NCBI GenBank assembly: GCA_028534125.1 | Contig: CM052816.1 | Location: forward strand, 96,598,001-96,662,000 | From: Lama glama | Taxonomy: Eukaryota | Direction: 5' to 3' | Length of the DNA: 64,000 bases | Shown here: one piece after another, positions 51,011-61,687 of the stretch | How the letters are laid out: every line of letters starts with the position of its first letter | How positions within the stretch are numbered: the stretch's first letter is position 1 | Notes under the pieces: model-generated | Database searches by the model: none | What the model saw: only the letters and a program-made list of their open reading frames with translations | Told to the model about the DNA's origin: nothing | Made by a program: the position numbers and the translations under genes

Positions 51011-53149
51011 TGATCACTGTGTCAGAGAAACTGTTTATGCGACATTGTGAGTTTCCAAGAGGTCTTGGCATGAGGTCATTTCTTAATTCCTCATATGTCC
51101 TTAGGGTTACTGCCACCTCCACTGACCTCCCCCATATCTCCTAATCCCCTCCTCTGCTGTAAGTAATCCAAAGGAGACCCAGCCCCTCACAACCACGAGA
51201 ACCTTCTCTCAGTCTCTGTCTCTATCCCTTGACTGGTTTACATGTAAAATAGGCATGTTTTAAAATTAGAATCTTTTGATGAATAAAGCTTTATTGTCTG
51301 TCAATTTCAATTGCAGAAATTCAGCATTTGCATTCTCTCGAAACTTATACCAACTTGGTTGGGTCTATACCTGTCTATGCCCCTCATTAATTTCATCACG
51401 TATGTCATGGCTGTGTTGGTCTGAAGGCGAATGCTCAGGTAAGAAAGTGGGACATGTCTGTCACCCAGAGAGCAGAAACATGGATGGGCTGTTCCAGTTC
51501 AATACAACATGCAGCTCCTCCCAATGTGCTCTACCCAAATGTGCTTTCGGAAAGACATAGATTGGGGGGTATGTCCAGTGCTCCCTTAGGAAAACGCCCT
51601 GTTTTCAATCCATATGGGTCAGGTGGTGGTGATCCCCCAAATCCTGTCCCATTAGTGCTTCTCAGTTGCATCATTATCAGGAGATAAATAATTTCTCTCT
51701 ATCCCATTTTCAGTGATGCTACAATTAAGTAGTGTGTTTCAGTGCTGTCTGCCTGGTGTACGCATCGCCTGGAGGATGGTCAGCTGCTCACTGATGCTAT
51801 CAGCAGCCACTGCTGGCAGGCAGTGTCCTAACTGTTGTTTATAAGGGGTTTCAAAATGATGCCCTTCTTCTCTCACTCCTCCTGTGCTCGTTTAGCTCCA
51901 TCCCTCAGGGATTAGGCAGTAAATTCTTGATAAACTAAGCTTGGCTTATCCCAACTGATACTAATTATTATTGTCAGCTGGTCAAGGTTCTGTTGGTGAC
52001 CGTGATCACAGTCCATTACCCTCCAAAAAGCCCATGTTCTGTCCAGTGGAAACCACTGGAAAAGCAACGTCTGGGAAGAATGATACCCACGAAATTTCCT
52101 TTTTTCCCCCTCACAATTGAGAATAAAACAGAATGTGGACATTTTGGCTATAAAAGGAAAATCATTCTGCTGTGTATCATTCTGTTTTTGAAGCACGCAT
52201 GAAAAAAACCGATTTGTCCTGATTTTACTAGAAATGCATAACCATCGTGATCCAGGCTCACTGGGATAATCAATCACTGGGTTTGATCAAGCGCAATGGT
52301 TAAAAAAAAATGTGCACGTAATGTCAAGCATTTGCCAGATTTTAGGGGTTTTTTTGCCACCTTTAGTCCTCGGTGTAATTAGGTGCAAACTTTGGGATAA
52401 AAGCAAGTATCTTCGGCATATCTTGGAGGGCTGGTTCTAAACATCCTGACATTGCAAGTTAAGAAAAAGATAGAGGTTACTGGAAACATAAGGTAAATGT
52501 ACTGTAACTTTTATACTCGTGGCATTCGTCGTCTTGTGTATTGATGCTGTCTCCACAGTATTCAGTAAACATTCACTTGATCCTACTGCAATTTGATAAT
52601 CAGAAGTTAATTACTTGGCTCTACATAGTATTTCCTTTGATGTTACACCAAAGCAATTTGTTTAAATCTATCTTCTGTGAATCTTATTATTGCTATTAAG
52701 TATTTCATAAACTACGGTCTCAGTGTTACATGTGGGTCAGAGGATTTTTAATATGCTATTATTGAGAGCAGCTCATATGACTAGAAACACAAAGGACATG
52801 ATTTTACCTTAGGTGAAGTAACACTACAGACCACAAGGTATTTTAGATTTTCTTCTATTTGTAACATTTTTATGGCCTTTGGTATATATAATCCTTAATG
52901 TTTGCTAAAATTTTTTAAGTTTACTTGTATGTTTTTCATTGTTGAAAACCTTTAGAATTTCTATTTCAAAACCAGTATTTGTTAGTAAGTATTAGTACCA
53001 GAAGTTGCACAGAAACACAAAGGCAAAACTCTGGAATCCGCTTCACCAAATAGTCCAACAATTCTCTCGTTAAAGGCTAGGTTCATGTTTGAAAATAGGA
53101 AATGAAAGTATTTTTAAGCATCTTACAAAAACATCATGGTACTTTGCAA

Positions 53150-54150
53150 TGTTGCCAATGTACTCCCAATTAGGTAGGATGACATCACTGAGTCCTGGAA
53201 AGTGGTAAGCGAGCAAGGAGTCAGTGGATGCTCCTAGGAATCTTCTTCAAAAGACAACATGGGCAAAACTTTGTCTCTTTTTATTAGCTTCTTTTCTTCT
53301 CCCTGCTTGCATGAAGCAGGTGTAACTACTGAGTTTCTGGTGGCCACCATGCACCATGGGATGATGCAAGGCAAACCCTAAGAATAGCAAAGCATAACAA
53401 TGCAAGAAGCCTGGGATTATGATAGAGTCATAAAAGTGTAAGAACATCCCTGACTCCATCAGCCTGATAATATTTTATCTTGTGTGTTTAAGCCACTGTG
53501 AAATTTAGTGTTTGGATGCATACAGCTGAACCTAACCTTTATTAATATGCTGATAAAGAGAAACTAATAAGTAAAATATCTTCACTTCCTACCTTTTAAT
53601 GTAGTTGCCTGAGGACATGATGCTAAGTGATGTGGCAGCCATATTGCAACTATGAGGAGCCACACCAGAAATGAAAGTATCCTCATTGAAATAGGTAAAT
53701 AGGACACAGAACATGAAACTGTTACATTGTTGTAACAGCAAATGCCAGTTGTCAGAGGTGCTGCCAGGAAACATTTTTATGCCATCTGTAGTAGTCTCAG
53801 AAACAATACGTACATGTCCAACATAATAATATCTCTAAGGTTGGGGATTATTTAAAGGACATTTATAAGTCCCAGCCTCCCTTGCAGTTGGATTGGGTCT
53901 TGAAACTAGTACTGGGCAACAGAATGCCAGCAGAAGTGTCATGCCTCCTTACTGCTTCCTGGCTGGGTGTGCTGATTCCAATCCAGTCTCTTTCCCTCTG
54001 CCCCTAGGATGAGAACACCATGTGGTCCAGGCGGTAGAGCCTCCACCAGGAGGCCCAAGAGCTGTCAATCCACATGGAATAAAAAAAAAACATTTTTGAT
54101 GCGAAGCCCTTAAAAAGTTGGGGTTATTTCAGCATAACTTATGCCTGGAT
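53150..54150 (+). mobile_element. Cluster of old MaLR LTR fragments (MLT1J/H-like)
   Basis: aagaagcctggga...tgtttaagccactg...cagctgaacctaa; cccagcctcccttgcagttgg. Confidence 0.6.
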
Positions 54151-55039
54151 GAAGATATTAGGTAACCATGTTGATGTTAATAAAAATGTTACCTGTGTTA
54201 ATGATTACAAGTTCAAACAGTCATATATATATATTAAAATAAAATTTCCAAGTTCATTCTCTTTATAAAATTAACCACTACTAGGTTTCTAATATCTCCT
54301 TCCAGAAAAAGTATTTTATGCAAAAACTGTTACTTAAACAAAAAATCAAACTCTGCACACTTCTGTATTTTGCTTTTAAAAATAATCTTGTATCTTAGCC
54401 ATACAACTACATCTCACTCTTTAAAGAACTGCACTGCGTAGGTAAAACATAGTCAGCCAGGAAACTATGGGAAAAACTATGGGAATAAGATAAAACAGCA
54501 ATAATCTCCACAGCAGCCCGGTGAAGCAGGCCTCTGCGTGCAGGTTTTTATTGACCTTTAAAACACATCTGACTGTGATGATCGACTCCACATGTTCAGG
54601 ACGGTGCACAGCCTCAGAGAAGTGGCCAGACGTCTGCCAGGGAATCTGGCCTTGAAACAAATGTCTCTGCAGGCTTTTGAATCAATTATTTTAAATTATT
54701 TTTCTTAGCCCCTGGCAAATGTTTAAACAGCTTCTTACATTAATCTTGAACATTAAAAATTAAAACATATTCTATTTCCTGGAATAATATTCACCATATC
54801 TGTGTGGAAAATCCTTCCCTTTGCAAGTGGGAAGCTGCCATTTTTCCATGTCCAACATGCAAAGTTCATTTTTCAGAGATCGCCATCCTTAACATCCCAC
54901 CTGCTGGCAGAGTAGGCATCTCATGTTGATCAATCATCCCAAATTGTAAAGAGCAGGAGTACGGTATTCCTAAAACCAAAATTAAGAAACAGAAATGAGA
55001 TGAACAAAAGAACAGATGAGCAATCACAGGTGATAGACA

Positions 55040-55345
55040 GGAAATGATGAGGAGACCAGCTTGGCTGAAATGTGATGAGAGAATGGGCTGAAATTGCGTA
55101 TCAGAGCCAAAATGTGCAAAAGAATATCAGAGCCAGAAGATTTGATTTCATCTTGTAGACATGGGAGGCCACTAAAGGTGTTTGATAGTCATTGTTCTCA
55201 TATTATTTTGGTAGACCTTTGCAATATAATTTGCAGTTCTAACTTGAAGACAAGAAGGATGGGTGAGGCAATCAGTTAAGAAGTTACAACAATTATTTAG
55301 GAAAGAGGTAATGAAGACCTAAAACAAGGTGGTAGAAGTAAAGGT
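55040..55345 (-). mobile_element. L2 fragment
   Basis: atgggaggccactaaaggtgttt...cagttaagaagttacaacaat. Confidence 0.5.
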
Positions 55346-55869
55346 GCTAAAACAATTTGAAAGTTTTCTCCTCCGAAATGATGGGCTGAACAATCCAGCT
55401 ACACAGGGTTTGCAAACCCAGAGCTGTGCTGTCAGCAGCCTTCCCTGGGTGCTCTGGTAGGTGAGCAGATATGGAGTCCCTGTCACTTGAGTCCTCATCC
55501 ATATAAATATAAAAGTTTCTTCAACCACAATTGGAGGAAACCAGGAAATGCTGGAGATAGACAAAATCATAAAACAGTGAAAAAGGAGAAAGATTTTACA
55601 CTTTGGATTAGGAGTGACTGACAGGAGGAGAGATGCCTGTAAGAGGCAGAGCAGCTCAGAAAGAAAGATTCATTAGGCATGTTTCATTCAGCAGTTCGGG
55701 TAATCCAGTTCCTGTTTCTATTCACACCTTGGTGGTGTGTCTTGTAGGATGTAATTCCTTCCAAACATCTCCATAACATCCACTTTAGAAATGGCTGTCA
55801 CCAGGTCCTCCTAGTTCCTCTTGCCTGACCTGCCTCCAACCACTGAGGCAAGGGAGCCTCACATCCCAC

Positions 55870-56230
55870 CATCCCCATTGTTGGAGTGGCCCCCAGGCCC
55901 AGTTCTTCTAATGGGGACTGTGGGGAAGTCAGCTGGGAGCTTCTGGAAAGGACTAAGAGTCTAGTCACTGGGAGAATCTCTCACTGCCCAACCATGCTGC
56001 CTCCCATCATGAGGTGGTCAGGTGAGAAAAGATGCTAGACTTGTGACAGTCATTTTGGAATCCTGAGGGGGAGGAACCAAAAAGTCATGGGGATGCTGAC
56101 CACCAATTACAGTCCTGCCACTGTGGAAAACTACAGGACCACATGCCTTCAGCTTCAGGTTAGGTAGTCAACGCGTCCTTAGGGTTAAGCCACTGATGTT
56201 GCGTGCAGTTGACTGTGTCCTAGTTGTTAT
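55870..56230 (+). mobile_element. Old MaLR LTR (MLT1K/L-like)
   Basis: ggggaagtcagctgggagcttctggaaag...gttaagccactg. Confidence 0.5.
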
Positions 56231-56486
56231 AGCCCCAGTTGAAGAAATAAAACATACTGTTTTAGTGCTTGAATCTGAACTGGCCGTCCAACCTCTGGTG
56301 AGGAAATTATTTTGAGGTCATAAAGGATTATAATGACTGGGTCCTTCTGCATCTTTACTTCCAAGAGAAAGGGAGAGCCTTCACAGAATTAATAAATTAG
56401 TATTCTACATTCATTTCCAACATCTCGATCAGAGTCATTCTTCTTCCCTTTGATTTCAAATAGTTACTCAAATAAAATTTTATTTC

Positions 56487-57225
56487 AGAGCTACCACTAC
56501 AAATTCATTAAGATGGCTAAAAACTGAAAACAAAAACAAAAACAAAAACAAAAACCCAATATTGATACCAAGTGTTGGTGAGGATATGGAGCAACTACAA
56601 CTCTCATTCCTTGCTGGTTATAATGCAAAATGGTACAAATACTTTGGAAAACACTTTGATGGTTTCTTACACACCTATCATAGGATCCGGCAATCCACCC
56701 CTAGGTACCTACCCAGTAAAAAACTATGTGTGCAGCCACACAAAGACTTGTACCAGAATATTCACAACAGCTACACTACACTCACAGTAGTTTAAAACCG
56801 GAAACAACCTCAATGTCTATCACCAGGCAAGTGTATGAACGACTGTGGTTATAGTCGTATGAAATGATAATGCGTAGCAATACAAAGAAGTGAACGCTGA
56901 TATTCACAGCAACATGGTGAATCTCAAAAACATTACGTTGAGCAAAAGAATTCAGACACAAAAGGATATACATTTTAGAATTCCATTTACAAGAAACCCT
57001 AGAAAAGACAAATCTAACCTATAGTAACAGAAAGCATATCAGTGCTTGCCTGGGTTAGGGTGTGGAATGGGAGAGATTCGGGCACAAAGGGACTTTTTGA
57101 GATAATGAAAATATTCTATATTTTGACTATAGGAATCATTGCATAAGTTTATGTCAAGTCTCATTGAAATATACACTTAAAATGGTACTGCACATAACTT
57201 ACAACTTAGTAAAGCTGATTTCAAA
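56487..57225 (+). mobile_element. L1ME-like 3' region with (CAAAAA)n
   Basis: accaagtgttggtgaggatatggagcaact...aacatggtgaatctcaaaaacatt...aaatctaacctatagtaacagaaagc. Confidence 0.85.
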
Positions 57226-58615
57226 GAAAGCAAATTACAGACCAATAGCATGTAATGACACTAGGAATAAAAGTGTTAGTATGTTCATTCAGATTCTGTT
57301 TTTGTAAAAGAGGAAACAAAAGCCCACATAAAAAGCCCATGTATATCTGCGTGTATCTGTAGGAGCACAGGGGAAAGTGTGAAAGAATATGTATCGAACT
57401 ACTATTGTTTACCTTGAGGGGTAAGAATATTAAATATAACTAACATTTGGGGGAAAATCTCATTTTAATAAAGACAACACGAATTTATTAATGGTTATTT
57501 ATTACACATTGTTTTTTATTTCTTAAAAGCATAATAAGCAATCTGTTCAACTGTAGTTGCATTCTCCTCCAGATTTTTTCTTTTATTCTTGAAATGAAGT
57601 AATAAATAAACGAATTTACTCGAGTTGGCATGACCAAGGCGATCTTATTTTAAACAATTAGGAACAAGTAGTTACAATAAGCTTTGAAAAGAACAAGATT
57701 TTGCTTTTTTTTTTAAAATTATTCACAAATCTCTATGCTTCCAAATCACTTCAGGCCATCTTATTAAAATGTAGTCTAATGACAGGAGATGAAAAGTTTT
57801 AAACAAGACGTTGAGATCTTATTTAGTACAATGTGATTCTGCAGCTCAAGTATGAATTTACTTTGAATTCCATTGATCCAATATCCTATAGGTTAGTATG
57901 TGAGCTATTAATTTCCAGTCTTCAAATTTCTTTTCGGTCTTGGTATAAGCAAATCATAAGTCAAGCACTCCATCTGTCAGTTTTCTGAAATAGAGTAGAT
58001 TCTACAGCTCAGAAATGATAAATAGCAAACTTGAGGCTAAATTTGCTAATTAGTTTCTGAACACTGCAGTATTTCTGCTCTCAGAATATCATTCTTAAAA
58101 AGTAAAACACTGTTTTGCTTTTTCTCTCTTGCTTTAGATGCTACATTAAAAGACCCTCAGCTGGTTCAAACGGGCAGCCAAGGTTGGCTGTCACTGCACA
58201 GTCCCACCCTATGTGGGTTCAGACACCAAATATTGCCTAGAATAAGGCCTGGTGCTGCCAGAGATGCACAAGTGAGATGCAGAGACCTACTCTGTGTCGT
58301 TGTACTGAAGTCTGGCTTGATGCGCTGCTAAATAAAGAGCGGTGGTTGTGATAAAATGGAGCTGGGAAGAGTCAAATGGCCCCAGATGAAATGACTCATC
58401 TTGCCTAATTATGTAGGTCTTCAGAAATACTTTTTATTTTCAAAAAGGCAAAAAAAAAGTTTTGTTTACTCTCTTAAATATATAAATAACATTTCTTACA
58501 TCTGGTTCATACAAAAAGAAATGTGTCCATTCAGTGTTTGTAATATTTCTGTGTACATCACGAGAACACATACGTAAATTGACTGCACTAATATTGGCTG
58601 TGAGGATTAAAAGTG

Positions 58616-58830
58616 CAGTTGACCCCTGCACAACACAGGGCTTAGGGGTGCTGATCCCAGCACAGTCGAAAATCTGCACATAAGTTTAGAGTCAGCCCTC
58701 AGTACCTGTGGTTCCGCATTGCAGATTCAACCAACCAAGGACTGTGCAGTACTGTAGTGCGTGTATATTGGAAAAAATGCATGTGTACGTGGACCTGTGC
58801 TTTCAGACCCATGTAACCCAAGGGTCACAT
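58616..58830. mobile_element. Tigger2-derived MITE
   Basis: TIR-like ends cagttgacccctgcaacaac / gtaacccaagggtca, followed by a TA-rich tract. Confidence 0.75.
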
Positions 58831-60986
58831 ATATATATGTATATAACATATATATTATACACACAGTACATTAAAATGATAAAATTTTAAAACTATTATT
58901 GTCACTATTCATTATCACCGTAAAGAAGGTATATTAGCGAAATTAATAAACATATTCACACGAAACCTTCATCGTCTGGAGACAGAGGTTTGAAATGTCA
59001 CGTATGCGCCAGTTCCTCTCCCAGAATGCCTTGCTCCCTGCCTCTCCGCCTCTGCTCCCCTTTGCTAGGTGCCCTGTATCCTCTCGTTACCTGTTTTCCC
59101 TCCCTGGCCCTGTGTGGCCCCTCCATGTGCCCTTCTGCTGGGATCCCACAGCACGCTGCTTCTCTGTCCTTCACTAGAATATCAAGGTCAAAGATCCACA
59201 TGCCAATTCTGTATCCCCAGCCCCTGGACTGGTAAAGATATGGGACTCAAGTTCCCAGTTACTGTGGAATGGACAAATGAATTCACAGGGACACGTTGCT
59301 CTTCAAATGTACCTGGGTTTCCACCATGCCAGCTCTGGCCCTTGCAGGAAGTAGAAACAGATGTATCAGAACCGTATCCCCTTGTCTTTTCATTAGAACA
59401 GAACACAGTCAAGACCCTGCCAACAAAACTTATTTCGAACTTGTAATTACAAGGTTTAAATTAAACCTCATCATTTTATCAGACATAATCTCTGATAAAT
59501 TTCTTGCAAAGTGAAATTACAACACTGAGTCAGAACTTAAGGACAGATTCGCATGAAACTTGCTAAGAAGTTATGTCTGAGCTGGAACCCGTATGTAATC
59601 AATTTTCGGTTGTTTTTAAGGGACAGAAGCCCTTTGATAACATCTCTCAAAATTTTGTGTAAGCAGCATTACTCAGTTTTGATGCAATATTCAGACTTCT
59701 TTTTCTACTGAAATTCTATGGGAAAATCAGGACCAGATGGCTTTGTGAAGGTAGAAGAATTCCAACAGCCCTTTTCTTTGAGGAGTATGCACACTGCATG
59801 ATCATGGTATTTTAAAAGCCAAATGACAGATGATTGGACTCTCTGGATAAAGTATTTCATTGTAAATGTCACCACCTGACCACACATTTCAGAGCCGTCC
59901 TCCTGTGAGTTGATGATATGCGAAACTTAAACCTAAGAAAAATACACAGTTTTCACGCAGTATTTTAACAGTGCCCATCAATGACTAGTGCCAGACATTG
60001 CTCCAGAAATTTTCATCTCTGGAGGGACTGAGCTCACCATGGGGTGAGCGGTTTTAACTTCAGCAGTTTCTGTTTGACAGTCTCATAGAGCAGTCAGCAT
60101 CTGCTTTAATAATTAAGCCTGGCTTTAAAAGTTTAAATGCAGACCCAGGTTATTTGAAATTGAATCCAAAAGAGGAACAATCAAGGCTATTGGCGTCTGT
60201 GAAAAGAGAGAGGAAGAAAACACATCTATTACGTACAGAATAAAGAAAAATAGTCACAAACTGTGCTTAATGACTGTGTTTGCTTTTCCAACACTTCCTA
60301 AAATAATGACTGGTAAGATTTTTCTCTGTTTCATTCTTGGTGAGACAAAGACCCTGGCTACACACATCCCAACACACAGAGGTTATCAGCAGGGAATATT
60401 GTCATTTCCACTTAAAGACCGTGAAAAGCCCTTCTCCTTAAGGTGCACACAGGATACTCTCATTGGGATTCCACAAGAAATAGATGTCAAAAGGGGACAC
60501 ATTTGGCAAAATAACTGTTGGGAAAAAATGCATTTGGGCTTCTCTGTTTTGTCTTTTATTATTATTGTTGTTGTTTTTAAGAAAACATGGGCGTATTACA
60601 TTTATATGGAAGAAGAAGGTCAACAAATTTAAGAAAAAGAGGTATATAAAATCAAACATATTTAACTCGTATTTTGTGATACTGGGTAGCCACACTCCCT
60701 TTGGGTGTCCCAGACGTGGGGAAGGAACAAATCTCACCACTAATGTCTGGTAACTCTCCATGATCAATCATGTGTGCATATTCTCAGTGTGGGATGCTCA
60801 TTTTTACCTCCTGTCACTCTCTCCTTCCCTGTCATACGAGCATAAAGGATAATGCACGTTGTCCCTGCAGTATTTAAGACCTAGGACTTGGACTCCGGCC
60901 CGCCTCCTTCCCCAAGCTTGCTGCAGGAATTGTGCACTGTATGTGGGGGGTTGGGAGGAGAGTGATGGGGGAGTATTATTGTTGAT

Positions 60987-61199
60987 GTTGGGGAAATGTA
61001 GTTAAAAACAAAATCTTTTCCTGACCCAGAAGACCTCTTCATAAAAGTAATGGAGAAAGAACACAGTTTTATTACTGAATTGGCATTCAGCAAGAATGTG
61101 ACGTACACCACAGGCACTCTGCGAAGAGATTTCAAAGAAATTTTTAAAATCTCACCCTTTTATATAGCAAAGCACATATGATCATTACATGCTTGTTCT
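60987..61199 (-). mobile_element. Partial older ERV1-class LTR (family uncertain)
   Basis: Starts tgttgggg (a ...ccccaaca LTR end on the minus strand); minus-strand AATAAA and TATATAAA present; stops abruptly at the next LTR. Confidence 0.5.
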
Positions 61200-61687
61200 T
61201 GGAGGGATTCAGAAAGAGCCTCCCCAAAATGTGTCATCGTAGCATGTGGATTATTTTGAGTTAAGGGCAATAGAGATCCCGCGGTTTCAAGAGAAGATTT
61301 GGCCCCCCTCCCCTTAACTATCTAGAAGGATTTAAATTGGGGCTCTTTCCCAGAATAATGGTATTACCAGGGATACACTTGATCAGAGTGTCCCATCTGT
61401 ATGGCAGAACAAACATCTGATTACCCAACACCTGCTCTTCTCCTCATGGCCCTGTGAATGGCCTTCCTGTCCTTGGAAACCCCAGGCCTCTATCCCTTCC
61501 TTATCTCAGGAAGGCACGTCCACCCCACTGTACCTTTCTGTCCCTGCACCTCTCACATATGTGGGGTTCCTGTATGTATAAAGTTAAATTTGGCTTCTCT
61601 CCTATTAATCTGTCTCATGTCGATTTGATGATTAGACCAACTGAAAGAACCTCTGAAGGGTAGAGGGAAATGCTTTTCCCTCCAACG
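61200..61687 (+). mobile_element. 5' LTR, MER34/MER39-like (ERV1)
   Basis: cctccccaaaatgtgtc...ggattattttgag...ctcctattaatctgtct; followed directly by a PBS. Confidence 0.75.

Noticed and set aside
54043..54056. CTCF-like motif CCACCAGGAGGCCC
   Set aside because: Partial match inside a decayed LTR; cannot be supported without binding data
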